The notes: generated by a model from the sequence alone, not told the origin. Shown: positions 1 through 10,857, counted from the first letter of the stretch. The stretch is 64,000 nucleotides of DNA from Longimicrobiales bacterium (GCA_965249725.1 OZ252251.1:96001-160000); one strand, 5' to 3'. Program-made: numbers and translations.

Positions 1-645
1 GACGGTGCTCAGGTTCAATACGTATCCATCCAGCGCACCGGCCGCGGGGTGTTCTGCCAGTCGGCACAGCGGACCCTGGCGCATCGTGACTCCACGCTGG
101 ACACCCTCAACGTGAGCCTCGGCGGCTCCGTGAGCCGTGTCGACCTGAACGCGCGGCTGCTGGGGCCCGGAGCCAACAGCGACATGTTGGGCCTCTACTT
201 CGGCGACGGGGACCAGCACTTCGATCACAACACGAGTCAAGATCACGTGGCTCCCAACGCCGGAAGCGACCTGCTCTACAAGGGTGCGCTGGACGGCTCG
301 TCGAGCGCGGTGTTCCGAGGGGTCATCCGGGTCCATCCCGGGGCTCAAGGCACCGACGCGTACCAGACGAACCGCAACCTGCTGCTCTCTGAAGAGGCCC
401 GCGCCACCTCGCTGCCGAACCTCGAGATCGAGGCCGACGACGTGAAGTGCTCTCACGGCGCGACGGTCGGCCAGCTCGACGCCGAAGCGCTCTTCTATCT
501 GCTCAGCCGTGGAATGAGCCGCCACCAAGCCGAGCGGCTGGTGGTCATCGGCTTCCTGGGTGACGTGCTGTCCCGACTCCCCTTGGGTGGAGTCGTCGAG
601 AAGGTGACGAAGGCGATCGAGCGAAAGCTCCAGGCGCATGGCTGA
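1..645 (+). CDS. sufD: Fe-S cluster assembly protein SufD (5'-partial)
   Basis: Frame open from base 1; motifs LYKGALDG, FRGVIRV, AYQTNRNLLLS, PNLEIEADDVKCSHGATVGQLD..LFYL.SRG; upstream of sufS/sufU. Confidence 0.93.
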   Translation, partial: DGAQVQYVSIQRTGRGVFCQSAQRTLAHRDSTLDTLNVSLGGSVSRVDLNARLLGPGANSDMLGLYFGDGDQHFDHNTSQDHVAPNAGSDLLYKGALDGSSSAVFRGVIRVHPGAQGTDAYQTNRNLLLSEEARATSLPNLEIEADDVKCSHGATVGQLDAEALFYLLSRGMSRHQAERLVVIGFLGDVLSRLPLGGVVEKVTKAIERKLQAHG

Positions 646-964
646 GGTGGCCGCACAACCCGAGTGGGTCAAGGTCGCCGTGCTCGATCGGTGTCCGCCG
701 GGGAATCTCTTAGGCGTCGAAGCGGGCGATGTGAAGATCGTTCTGGCCAACGTCGATGGAGACATCTATGCGCTCGAGGATCGTTGCTCGCACCAAGACT
801 TCCCGCTCTCCGACGGGGAGCTCGAGGACGACCGATTGGAATGCGTCTACCACGGTGCCCAGTTCGACGTATGTACGGGGCGGGCCACCCAGCTGCCCGC
901 GATCCGGCCCGTGACATCCTTCGCCGTTGAAGTCAGGGACCAGGAGATCTTCGTCCAGATCTAA
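638..964 (+). CDS. Rieske [2Fe-2S] ferredoxin subunit in SUF operon
   Basis: CSHQ...CVYHGAQFD Rieske ligands; overlaps the sufD stop. Confidence 0.92.
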   Translation: MAEVAAQPEWVKVAVLDRCPPGNLLGVEAGDVKIVLANVDGDIYALEDRCSHQDFPLSDGELEDDRLECVYHGAQFDVCTGRATQLPAIRPVTSFAVEVRDQEIFVQI

Positions 965-988
965 TCGTGGAGGGCTGAGGCCTCTCAC

Positions 989-2257
989 ATGTCCCGAGGG
1001 ATCACGTTCATGCCAGACACATCGACTGCCTTCGACTGGCCCGCCTTGCGAAAACTCTTTCCCATCTTGGGTGAAGAGGTGGGCGGCAAGCCCCTCGTCT
1101 ACCTCGACAACGCGGCCACCTCCCAGAAGCCGCAATCGGTCATCGACGCGCTTACGGACTACTACGAGCACACCAACGCGAACGTGCATCGTGGAATCCA
1201 CGAACTGAGCCGCAGGTCCACGGTCGCCTATGAAGACGCGCGGGCCCGCCTTGCCAGGTTCATCGGAGCGTCGCGACCGGAGGAGTTGATCTGGACGCGT
1301 GGCACCACGGAGGCCATCAATTTGGTCTCGGGAAGCTGGGGGCTCGACAACCTTCGAGAAGGCGACGAGATCCTCATCAGCACGATGGAGCACCACTCCA
1401 ACATCATCCCGTGGCAGTTGGTGGCGCGCCGCACCGGTGCGGTTCTCAAGTACATCGAGATGGACGAGGAGGGCCGGCTGGTCCTCGACGACCTACCGAA
1501 GCTCCTCTCCGGCCGCACGCGGCTGGTCGCGATCTCCCACATATCGAACGCCCTCGGGACCATCAATCCGGTTCGTGAGATCGTCGAGATGGCCAAGGCC
1601 GCCGGGGCCCTGGTGCTCGTCGACGGGGCTCAGGCGGCGCCCCACCGACGCATCGACGTACAGGCGCTCGGCTGCGACTTCTACGCGTTCTCGGGCCACA
1701 AGATGTGTGGACCCACGGGCATCGGCGCACTTTGGGCTCGGCATGAGCTCCTCGAGTCGATGCCACCGTATCAGGGTGGTGGCGAGATGATCCGCATCGT
1801 CGGGCGGGAAGAGAGCACCTGGGCCGAGTTGCCCCACAAGTTCGAGGCGGGCACTCCGAACATCGCAGGAGCCATCGGCATCGCGGCGGCCGCCGACTTC
1901 CTGGACGAGCTGGGCTTCGACGCGATCGGCGAGCATGGACGGGACGTCGTGTCCTATGCCATGGAGCGGCTGAGCGACATCGACGACATCCGGATCTTCG
2001 GCCCGACGGACATGGACGAGCGATCCGGTGTCGTCTCATTCGCGATGGGCGACGCCCACCCGCACGACATCTCCACCATTCTGGATTCCGAGGGAATCGC
2101 CATCCGCGCAGGCCACCACTGCGCCCAACTCGTCATGCAGCACTTCGGTGTTTCAGCCACCGCACGCGCGTCCTTCTACCTCTACAATTCGCGCGAAGAT
2201 GTCGACCGGTTGGCCGACGGCTTGGAACTCGTCCAGGGGATTTTCGGCACCGCCTAG
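989..2257 (+). CDS. sufS: SufS cysteine desulfurase (start may be ATG 1010)
   Basis: YLDNAATSQKP, NVHRG, SGHKM (PLP Lys), RAGHHCA. Confidence 0.96.
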   Translation: MSRGITFMPDTSTAFDWPALRKLFPILGEEVGGKPLVYLDNAATSQKPQSVIDALTDYYEHTNANVHRGIHELSRRSTVAYEDARARLARFIGASRPEELIWTRGTTEAINLVSGSWGLDNLREGDEILISTMEHHSNIIPWQLVARRTGAVLKYIEMDEEGRLVLDDLPKLLSGRTRLVAISHISNALGTINPVREIVEMAKAAGALVLVDGAQAAPHRRIDVQALGCDFYAFSGHKMCGPTGIGALWARHELLESMPPYQGGGEMIRIVGREESTWAELPHKFEAGTPNIAGAIGIAAAADFLDELGFDAIGEHGRDVVSYAMERLSDIDDIRIFGPTDMDERSGVVSFAMGDAHPHDISTILDSEGIAIRAGHHCAQLVMQHFGVSATARASFYLYNSREDVDRLADGLELVQGIFGTA

Positions 2258-2327
2258 AGGCCCGCTCGCAAGCTCGGGACCGAGGCACTATTATGGTTGG
2301 CCCAGTCCCCCTAGTCGCGACGAAATC

Positions 2328-2852
2328 ATGACGGAACCGTCCCTAACGTCTCTCTACCAGCAGCTCATTCTCGAGCACTACCGCAAGCCGCGGAACAAGT
2401 CTGAGTTGGAGAACCACACGGTCGAAGCCCAGGTCAACAACCCGGTGTGCGGAGACGAGATCAAGGTCCAGCTGCGCCTCGAGGGAGACACGATCGAAGA
2501 CGTCCGCTTCGAGGGGCAGGGCTGCTCCATCTCGCAGGCGTCCGTCTCGATGATGACCGCATTGGTGAAGGGTTCGACCCGGGACGAGGCGCTCCAGCTA
2601 GCGGACCGTTTCTCCGAGATGATGCAGGGGAGCGAGGACGCCGCGGGCGACCGTGCCATGGGTGACCTCCGGGCGCTCCAGGGCGTGAGCAAGTTTCCTG
2701 TGCGCATCAAGTGTGCGCTCCTTGGCTTCGACGCCCTGCGAGAGGCCCTCGGCGCCGACCGCGAGGTCGGCTCGAGCAAGGGCCGCAGTGCCAGCGGGGG
2801 CCGTGGGGCCACGGGGAGCCAGGCGCTCCGCCAGCGAGAGGCGGCCCACTGA
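2328..2852 (+). CDS. sufU: SUF system SufU/NifU-family protein
   Basis: LYQQLILEHYRKPRN, NPVCGDE, GCSISQAS, RIKCA; ATG at 2328. Confidence 0.93.
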   Translation: MTEPSLTSLYQQLILEHYRKPRNKSELENHTVEAQVNNPVCGDEIKVQLRLEGDTIEDVRFEGQGCSISQASVSMMTALVKGSTRDEALQLADRFSEMMQGSEDAAGDRAMGDLRALQGVSKFPVRIKCALLGFDALREALGADREVGSSKGRSASGGRGATGSQALRQREAAH

Positions 2853-3409
2853 TGCCCGGGCGTGACGGCGCTTCCGCGGTCTTTTCCGGGGTCATTGAGG
2901 ACACACCGGTCGGACCCCTGGCGGTCTGGGTTACGCGCAACGGAGTCCGACGGGTGGGCTACGTCCAGCAGGACATGATCGACGAAGGACACTGGGACCC
3001 GGGCGAGGACCAGATTCTGGTCCGGGCGTTCAAGCAGCTCGGCCAATACCTGACGGGGCGGCGGAAGAGCTTCGACCTACCGCTCGATTTCTCGGGCGCC
3101 ACGGCGTTTCAGAAGCAGATCTTCGAGCGGCTCATGCACGTTCCGCACGGCCGTATCGTCTCCTATGGCGACATCGCCGACGAGTTGGGAGATCCGGGGG
3201 CGCCCAGGGCCGTCGGACAGGCCGTCGGAGCCAACCCGCTCCCGATCGTCGTGCCCTGCCATCGCGTGGTTCGTAGCGATGGAAAGCTGGGTGGGTACTC
3301 GGGAGGACTGAGTCGCAAGGTCACCCTCCTCGGGATCGAGGGTGTGGATGTCGACGGGCCGCGGCCCGGGAGTAGGGTCCATCCGGAGGTGCTGAGGCTG
3401 CCGCTCTAA
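2852..3409 (+). CDS. ogt: Methylated-DNA-protein-cysteine methyltransferase
   Basis: RAVGQAVGANP..IVVPCHRVV active site; ATG overlaps the sufU TGA. Confidence 0.92.
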   Translation: MPGRDGASAVFSGVIEDTPVGPLAVWVTRNGVRRVGYVQQDMIDEGHWDPGEDQILVRAFKQLGQYLTGRRKSFDLPLDFSGATAFQKQIFERLMHVPHGRIVSYGDIADELGDPGAPRAVGQAVGANPLPIVVPCHRVVRSDGKLGGYSGGLSRKVTLLGIEGVDVDGPRPGSRVHPEVLRLPL

Positions 3410-3996
3410 GCGGTAGCGCATCCCGCCAGAAGCTGATGGGTGGGATTAATCGTGTCGGGAGTTGGCCCGTTACAAGACATTCTTCACGCAGGCGGGTTTT
3501 CGCAGGAGATGGCGGGTTGCAGAGTGTCCCCCGAGGAGGACGCCTAGGATCGAGAATCGCCCAGCGATGAGGTCGATTCTTGGGGACTCGCGGCCCAATC
3601 AACCCAAATGCTGCGCCTTTCTGCGATGGCACAATCCTTCCAATACTCAGCAGCGAAATTCATCGCAGATTCCTCAAGAGGGCACGCGAGCGCCGCGCGG
3701 ATCGGCGGCAGAAGCGCCAGGCTCGTGCGCGCCGACGCCGGCGCGGCTAACCGAGCCGGCGCGGGTCGAACGACTGCGAGGCCTCCGGTTGTTCGTAGGA
3801 GCCCATGCAGATGTGGCATACGGGCCGGACGCCCGGTGCTCAGGCGTGACGACAGGTGGTGGGATTAGCCTGCCAGTGAGCCAGCTAACACCGTTAGGAA
3901 GGACCGGGTCAAGAGTACGCACTGATCCTGCGTCTTGCGCCCGATGGCTCGTGTGGGCAACGTGACGGGTCGCCACCGTAAACACTCCGAGAGCTG

Positions 3997-4620
3997 ATGC
4001 CGACCGGTTCATTCCCCGCCTCCCGCCAGGCCCTGGCCGTTCTCTGTTTGGTGGCGTGTGCGTGCGGCGGTGAATCGGGCCCCGCGGCCCCCGCGGGTCT
4101 GGGCAACGCCGTGCCGCCCGACGGCGGTGCCACGGGCCCGTGCGAGCCCGGCCGCGAGTCCCTCGGCTCCTTCCCGAGCCTGCCGCTCCGGGCGCCCCCA
4201 AAAGCCATCACGACCGGTGAGGTGCCCCACTTTCAGCTCAACCCGGATACGTCACCCGAGGTGATCGCCGAGCTCTTCGAGCAGGTCTTCAGCCTCTCGC
4301 TGGTCGAAGAGCGGCCCGCGAACGTCGGCGCCCAGGGGTCCACAGCCATCTGGCTCCAGGACGTGGTCGCCATCACGCGCCCGGAGTGCGTCGTCAGCGG
4401 GCGTGAGTTCGCGCACATCCACCACGACGGCAGCCTACACTCGGTGCTGCCACACGCGCGCATCCCGCAGGCGGCGGCCGGGTGGGTGGAGATCCACCCG
4501 TTCGCGGGCGTCGTCACGGGCTTCGAAGCGTTCGTGATGATCTTCGCGCCGCGAACCCTAGAGGAAGTGGACGTGGTGTTCGACCTGATCCTCGAGGGCC
4601 TCAACTTCGTGACCGGCTGA
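3997..4620 (+). CDS. Lipoprotein with luciferase-like/DUF5519-type domain
   Basis: Signal with Cys (LCLVACACGG); REFAHIHHDGSLH, GWVEIHP, IFAPRT.EE motifs. Confidence 0.7.
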   Translation: MPTGSFPASRQALAVLCLVACACGGESGPAAPAGLGNAVPPDGGATGPCEPGRESLGSFPSLPLRAPPKAITTGEVPHFQLNPDTSPEVIAELFEQVFSLSLVEERPANVGAQGSTAIWLQDVVAITRPECVVSGREFAHIHHDGSLHSVLPHARIPQAAAGWVEIHPFAGVVTGFEAFVMIFAPRTLEEVDVVFDLILEGLNFVTG

Positions 4621-4763
4621 GCGTGAGCCCGTTATCGGACATGCCTGGGATCGTTGAACGAAGAGTTGGCTGTACCGAAGCCCACCCGAATGATTGCGCG
4701 GGTCGGACGCCGCTCGATAGAATGTTCGAGGTTAAGGTCCGGGCCTAGACGAAGGAACTCACA

Positions 4764-5153
4764 ATGGCGCCGATGAAAGACGTTGGTGGTTGGTTGTTCG
4801 TGTATCTCATTGGTTCGGTGCCATTGGCGCTCTTTTACGCCGCGGGACTAGCTGGGCGGTTCCTTGACTATCACCTGGGACTCTTAGCAGCGATCTTCCT
4901 CGTACTCGCGGTGCCGCTAGTGCTGGTGGTCTTGAAGGTGCCGTCTGCGCCAGCATGGAACATCGCGGCGTTATGGGTCGGAGCAGGATCGATCTCGCTG
5001 ATTTTGATAGCCGGTGCGCTTTCCGCGGATGAGGCAAGGCTCCGCGAAGTGGGCGTGACCCTGGCGGCAATCGTGTCCATCTCGATCGTCTGGGCCGTGG
5101 TATGGACGATGTACTTTCTCACCTCCGACCGAGTAGCCAGGACCTTCGTTTAG
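4764..5153 (+). CDS. Four-TM membrane protein, DUF2569-like
   Basis: N-terminal GGWL and C-terminal W..YF..SDRV.RTF; AAGGAA SD. Confidence 0.6.
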   Translation: MAPMKDVGGWLFVYLIGSVPLALFYAAGLAGRFLDYHLGLLAAIFLVLAVPLVLVVLKVPSAPAWNIAALWVGAGSISLILIAGALSADEARLREVGVTLAAIVSISIVWAVVWTMYFLTSDRVARTFV

Positions 5154-5312
5154 CTAGAGGCCCTCGCAGCTCGATGACGGGGGTTAGTCGACGTCGACCG
5201 GCCGCTTCGTGGACACTCCGGTGGCTCCGCCACCTCCGCGTCGTGAGTCGGTGAGCCCGTCATGAGGCATCCCGGATGGACGTTGCGGTGTGCCGGCTCT
5301 TCTGACCCGAGC

Positions 5313-5828
5313 CTAGCTGGCCTCGTTACCGTGAATCCGCTTCGTGAGCGCGGGTACTAGACCCATCGAGCGGGCATAGGTGGCGAGTTGACCACAGTGG
5401 TACTGCTCGTGCGCGCCCGCATAGAAGAGATAGGTCACGCGCATCCATGTCTGTCCGTCGAAACGCTTGATATCGGTCGACCAGTGGTGCTCTCCCACTG
5501 CACGGATGCGCTCGTTGCAGGTCTCCAAAGAAGACGAGAGCGCCTCGACGAGTTCGCTCGGTGTCATAGTGTCGGGGAGGTGTCCAGCGTAATCCGCCAC
5601 ATGGTCATCCGGCGAGCGGCGCGTATAGTCACCATCCGGATCCGCTGCCTCGCCGACGAGCATTAGGCTCGCGTCGATAATGTGGCGCACCACCTCCGAC
5701 ACGTTCTTGGCATCCGGGTGCGGTCGAAAGTCCCATCGCTCGAGTGGGATGTTCGTGGCTTCCCCAATCGTACCTTGTCGGGCGTAGCCGAACGCCTCGA
5801 TCGCGTCCGACAAGACTCCGTCGATCAT
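5313..5828 (-). CDS. DinB family protein
   Basis: EVVRHI and HEQYHCGQL His motifs; AGGAGG SD before ATG 5828. Confidence 0.85.
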   Translation of the reverse strand: MIDGVLSDAIEAFGYARQGTIGEATNIPLERWDFRPHPDAKNVSEVVRHIIDASLMLVGEAADPDGDYTRRSPDDHVADYAGHLPDTMTPSELVEALSSSLETCNERIRAVGEHHWSTDIKRFDGQTWMRVTYLFYAGAHEQYHCGQLATYARSMGLVPALTKRIHGNEAS

Positions 5829-5922
5829 TTCGACCTCCTTCCAGGTTAGCGGGAGGGCAGATGCTCCCCGCGGCACCATACGTCGGACTCGGCGCGAGCC
5901 CAAGTCTGATGACCCTGCCCCC

Positions 5923-7661
5923 TCAGGCCCGAGCCCCGAAGATCCGTTCGTTGAAGGCCACGAATCGCGGATGACCTTCCAGCGCATCAGAGAGAATCGA
6001 GACACTGCGAGACCACATCACGATTGGGGACCGCTTGGTCGCCCCTTCGTCCAACTCGTCGAGCGCTCCATCGATGTCTCCCTCCAATATGCCAATAACG
6101 GCGAGGGCGGCATGATTGCCCATCTCTTGGAGTGGACCTCGTGTTTGGTCGAGGTCGGGACCGAAGTCGTAGGTCGGGTCATCCGCATGGAGCGCGAAGG
6201 CGCGCAGTACGGTGTAGAACGGGCTCGGGACGAGCCCGAAGCAGATGGAGAACTGCTCGGCGGCCTCAGCGAACCGGCCCCAGGCCAGGAGCGCCGAGCC
6301 CAGGAACTGGTGGGCCTCGTGGTGGCTCGGGTCGCGTGCGATCGCCTCCCGAATGATGCGCTCAGCCTCAGCCCTGTCGGCTTCGTCGCCTCGCATCACA
6401 AGCGCGAATCCGATCCAAGCGCGGTTGTAAATGTGGTGCGGGTCGATCTCGATCCCTCGCTCAAAGGCGGCGATCGCGTCGTCGAACCGACGCATCAGGC
6501 CCAGACAGTGGCCTCGCCATAGCTGGAAGTCCGCATCCTCCGGGTCCAGTTCGATCGCCCGGTCGAAGGCCTCCACCGCGCGATCCCATTCCCAGTCGAA
6601 GTGATACGCGACGAGCCCCCGTGCGAGCCACGACAGTGGCTTCTCCGGGTCTAGCTCGATCGCCCGCTGCATGGCCTGCGTGGCCTTCGGCCGCACGTCA
6701 GTGGAGGAAGCACCGTGCCAGTACATAGAGAGGACGTACGAGCCAGCCAGTGCACCGTAGGCAGCCGCAAAGTCCGGGTCGAGGGCGATCGCCCTCTCGA
6801 GTTCGGCGATAGTGCGCTCTCCATCCGCCCTTCGGAAGGCCTCGCGACCGCGCAGGAAATGATCGTACGCAGCCACGTTGTCCGTCGGATGCCTGCGAAT
6901 CCGTTCCACTACATCGGGCGTGAGCTCGGCTCGGAGCGCTCCGGCGAGCGTCTCGGCGATCGCGCTCTGTACTTCGAAGATGTCCACGAGATCACGATCG
7001 TACGTCTCGGCCCAAACATGCTTGTCCGTCGAGGCGTCGATCAGCTGGGCCAACACGCGCACCCGTCCCCCACGGGTCGTACGCTGCCTTCCAGCACGCT
7101 TCCGACCTCGAGTTCGCGCGCGATCTCACGGATCTGTTTGCTCGTGCCTTTATAACCCATCACCGATGTGCGAGACACGACGTGGAGGTCCTCAATCCGC
7201 GACAGTTGGGTCAGGATATCCTCCGTTATGCCGTCGCTGAAGTACTCGTTGTCCGGATCACGGCTGAGGTTGACGAAGGAGAGCACCGCGATTGCGAGAG
7301 TCGAAAACTCGTTTCCCGACGCCGGCTCATCGCCCCCCTCCCCGGTATCAGCGGACGGCGGGTCGGAGCGTGCGGCTTCCTCCACGTCCGAACCGAGCGG
7401 GTCTGCTCCCGGCGTGCGCACCACGCCGGTCGGCGTCACGTCGAAGGTCCACGCTAGAATGAGTCCGACGACCAACCCCACCACTAGCAGAGCGAGGACC
7501 AGACGGTCCGCCCACGCGGGGACCCCTATCATTGGAAACACGACGTCGACGACCTGTAGGACGAGCCAAGACGCGACGACGTAGACAGCAAGGAATCGAA
7601 CCACGCGACGACGGCGCAATTCGTGCCAGAACCCGACAAGACCGGAGACGTCGCTCGTCAC
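5923..7661 (-). pseudogene. Membrane-anchored TolB-like/TPR protein split by a 1-bp deletion near 7063
   Basis: ELRRRRV N-terminus with 2 TM; IAVLSFVNLS...YFSDGITEDIL; GSVR.VGD/RVRVLAQLIDA continues in another frame; TPR repeats. Confidence 0.8.
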
Positions 7662-7679
7662 GTCGTGCCTCCTCTGCGG

Positions 7680-7992
7680 TTAGGAACGAGACTGGCCGAC
7701 GGCAAGGTCGGGCTGGCCTCCCACCCCCGCAAGCTGATGTGGCGATGATCGGGGCCGGCCAAGTCGGGCTTCAGGACCTCGAGAGCTAGTACGGCGGACC
7801 GCCCCCCGCTCCTCCCACTTCTTCTCCATGATGGCCACGCCGCTCTCGTCACCCAACTTGATGAGCGCCCACTTGTTGGTCGTCCCGCAGTCGGGGCAGT
7901 AGGCGTACGTGTCGTCGAGGACTTCCATCTCGACCGTGTGCCCGCACCCGTCGCATACTCCGAAATCCTCGGGGGGTGTGCTTGCTTGCGGA
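7680..7992 (-). other. Small Zn-ribbon-like reading frame without a clear start codon
   Basis: VCDGCGHTVEMEVLDDTYAYCPDCGT (two CxxC); upstream in-frame TAA at 7993-7995. Confidence 0.35.
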
Positions 7993-8051
7993 TTACCTGA
8001 GGGGGGCTCGGCAGGGCTTCGCGGGGGGGGCCAACGAGGGTTCGGCGCGGG

Positions 8052-9332
8052 TCAGCCGCCGCCGGGAATCACCGGTTTGGAGGCACCGGGCTGCAGAATC
8101 ACCTTCACCGCCTTGCTCCGGCGATGGTTCGCGGCCGCCTTCAGCGCGTCTCCGTACTGATTCAGCGGAAAGGCGTGGGTCACCATTTCGTGCACCGGCG
8201 CACCGGTCTCGACCAGGAGATCGTGCACGATCTGGAAGGTGTTCTGCCGCTCGCCCCTCCATGTTTCCTGCCCGTAGCCGACGGAGCCGCGCACCCTGAG
8301 CTCGTGAGCCCACAGGAACGTGAGATCCAGTTTCTTGAGCTCCCCGACGCAACCGATGACCACGACCCGGCCCCTCGGAGACGCGAATCGGAGCGCCTGG
8401 CTCAGGCTGGAGTCGTTGCCCACACAGTCGTAGATGAGCGGAAAGCCGCCCCCCGCAAAGACTTCGGGGCCCACGATGGGCATGTACGCCGACGCTCCGG
8501 TCTCGACCAAGGCCTGTCGGGCCTCCGGCCCCGGTGTCACCACCTCGGTCGCCCCCATCTTCAGAGCGAGCTCCCGTTCGTGGTCCCTCTTCGCCTGCGC
8601 AAGAAGAACACCCTGATACCCCGTCGCCCTCAACGCCCAGATCGTGCCCAGGGCAATCGCGCCACTCCCGATGACCAGCACCGGCTCGTGCTCCTTGGGC
8701 GGGGTTTGGAGCACCGCGTGCATCGCTATGGAGAGAGGTTCGATGAGGACCGCGGTGTTGTCGGAGAGCGCATCGTCCACCGGGAAGACCTGGGACTCGT
8801 GCGCAAGTACCGTCTCTCCCCATCCCCCACGGAGGTCTCGGTGGTAGCCGACCGTCGTCCCCGCAGAAAGATGGCGCCCCGCCACCATGACCCGGGCCTC
8901 TTCGCCGGCCCGCTCGCAGGTGTAGTGATATCCCCATGAGCACGACGGGCAGCTGTCGGTCTTCGAGTACCCCCGTGTGGTGCAGGACAGAACCGGGTTC
9001 ATGGCCACTCGCTGGCCGACCTCGACCTTCGTCACGTCGTCGCCGACGGACTTCACGCGACCGAAGATCTCGTGCCCCAGGACCGCGGGGAACGAGCCGA
9101 ACGGCTCCATGGCCGGGCTGGAGCTATAGGTGAGGTTTCCGAGGTCGCTCCCACAGATGCCACCCGAGGTGACCTCGATCTCGATCCAACTCGGTGTCGG
9201 AAGCTCGAGGTCCGGCAGGTCGCGTAGCCCGAGCCCACCGAGAGCGCCGAAAAGCGCGGAGTCCGTCACCCTCCCGGCGGTCTTCGCCAGGATGAAGCGC
9301 GGTACGGATACGTCGAAAACGACTCCCTTCAT
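8052..9332 (-). CDS. Zn-dependent medium-chain dehydrogenase (threonine/sorbitol DH-like)
   Basis: GICGSD, GHE, structural Cys cluster, IEPLS, GSGAIA. Confidence 0.88.
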   Translation of the reverse strand: MKGVVFDVSVPRFILAKTAGRVTDSALFGALGGLGLRDLPDLELPTPSWIEIEVTSGGICGSDLGNLTYSSSPAMEPFGSFPAVLGHEIFGRVKSVGDDVTKVEVGQRVAMNPVLSCTTRGYSKTDSCPSCSWGYHYTCERAGEEARVMVAGRHLSAGTTVGYHRDLRGGWGETVLAHESQVFPVDDALSDNTAVLIEPLSIAMHAVLQTPPKEHEPVLVIGSGAIALGTIWALRATGYQGVLLAQAKRDHERELALKMGATEVVTPGPEARQALVETGASAYMPIVGPEVFAGGGFPLIYDCVGNDSSLSQALRFASPRGRVVVIGCVGELKKLDLTFLWAHELRVRGSVGYGQETWRGERQNTFQIVHDLLVETGAPVHEMVTHAFPLNQYGDALKAAANHRRSKAVKVILQPGASKPVIPGGG

Positions 9333-9464
9333 CGCCTCCAGCCGGTCGAGATGATCGGGCGAGCCCGGCACGCATCCGAGGGAGCTCCCGGGCGCGCAGC
9401 GGGTTCATGCACGGTGGCAATCAGTCTAGCGGCGCAGGATTGGCAGAGCCACCGGAACCACAGA

Positions 9465-9518
9465 CCAGCGCCCAAGCCAGCGCCCAAGCCAGCGCCCAAG
9501 CCAGCGCCGGAACCAGCG
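9465..9518. repeat. 12-bp tandem repeat CCAGCGCCCAAG x~4.5
   Basis: Three exact copies plus degenerate copies in the divergent intergenic region. Confidence 0.9.
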
Positions 9519-9576
9519 ATGGAGGGAGGGGGTTAGCAAGCGCAACAGTCCGCCTCAACGTCAGCCGGACCTACCC

Positions 9577-10857
9577 ATGTCGAATCGCGCCGCCGTAGTT
9601 GCGGGATGCCGCACTCCATTCGCCCGTTCGGGCTCCGAACTGAAGGACCTGACGGCCGTCGAACTCGGTACGCTGGCCGTCCGGGAGCTGATGGACCGGA
9701 GCGGCATTCCGGGGGAGGACGTCGACCACCTCGTCTACGGAACGGTCGTCCACAATCCCCACGCTCCTCACATCGCACGCGAGGTCGGGCTGGCCACGCT
9801 GCCCAAGACCGTCACGGCGGCCACGGTATCGCAGGCGTGCGCCTCGTCGAACCAGGCCATCACGGACGGCGTCAACCTGATCGAGCGCGGGTATGCGGGA
9901 ATCGTCGTGGCCGGAGGGGCCGAGTCACTGTCGCACATCCCCATCACGATCAAGCAGTCCCTGGCGGAGACCCTCATCGCCACCTCGAAGGCCAAGAGCC
10001 TGAAGGGACGGCTGGCGACGCTCGCCCGGATTCGGCCCAAGGACCTGGTCCCCGACTTTCCCCAGATCGCCGAGCCCAGCACGGGTGAGAGCATGGGCCA
10101 GTCGGCCGAGCGGATGGCCAAGGAGAACGGGATTTCGAGAGAGGACCAGGACGCCTGGGCCCTTCGTTCCCACGGGCTGGCCGCAGCCGGGACGGAAGAC
10201 GGGAGGCTACGGGCGGAGATCGCCCCGCTCTACGTGCCACCCGACTTCGAGACCGTGATCGAGACAGACAACGGCATCCGGAGTGACAGCAGTGCAGAGG
10301 CGCTGGCCAAGCTCAGGCCCGTGTTCGATCGCAAGCACGGCAGTGTGACGGCCGGAAACGCTTCGCCGCTCACCGACGGGGGCTCCGCCGTGATGCTCAT
10401 GTCCGAAGAGCGAGCCAGAGCCCACGGAGTCGAGGTGATGGGCTACGTGAGGAGCTACGCGTTCTCGGGGCTGGATCCGCGAGGGCAGTTACTGCAGGTC
10501 CCAGCCTACGCCGCGCCCATCGCGCTGGACCGGGCGGGGGTCACCATGGCGGACATCGGCCTCATGGAGATGCACGAGGCGTTCGCGTCACAGGTCCTCT
10601 CGAACCTCCAGGCCCTGTCGTCCAAGAAGTTCGCTGAAGACGAGCTGGGGCGGAGCGAGGCCGTCGGTCACCCCGATGTGGACGTGATCAACGTGATGGG
10701 CGGGTCCATCGCGATCGGGCATCCGTTCGGAGCGACCGGCGCTCGGCTGACGACCACCCTGCTGAACGAAATGAAGCGGCGAGACGTGGAGTTGGGGCTT
10801 ATCACGGTGTGTGCAGCGGGCGCGCTGGGGTTCGCGATGGTGGTGGAGCGAGGGTAG
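9577..10857 (+). CDS. fadI: Acetyl-CoA C-acyltransferase (FadI-type thiolase)
   Basis: RTPF, QACASS, MHEAFA, GHPFGATG, CAAG. Confidence 0.9.
   Translation: MSNRAAVVAGCRTPFARSGSELKDLTAVELGTLAVRELMDRSGIPGEDVDHLVYGTVVHNPHAPHIAREVGLATLPKTVTAATVSQACASSNQAITDGVNLIERGYAGIVVAGGAESLSHIPITIKQSLAETLIATSKAKSLKGRLATLARIRPKDLVPDFPQIAEPSTGESMGQSAERMAKENGISREDQDAWALRSHGLAAAGTEDGRLRAEIAPLYVPPDFETVIETDNGIRSDSSAEALAKLRPVFDRKHGSVTAGNASPLTDGGSAVMLMSEERARAHGVEVMGYVRSYAFSGLDPRGQLLQVPAYAAPIALDRAGVTMADIGLMEMHEAFASQVLSNLQALSSKKFAEDELGRSEAVGHPDVDVINVMGGSIAIGHPFGATGARLTTTLLNEMKRRDVELGLITVCAAGALGFAMVVERG

Noticed and set aside
4714..4729. SOS-box-like TCGATAGAATGTTCGA
   Set aside because: Two mismatches in the left half, and the downstream gene is unrelated to repair.
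9465..9518. Short repeats as a CRISPR array (also 44767, 52644)
   Set aside because: Units are 12-15 bp, directly adjacent, with no spacers and no cas genes.
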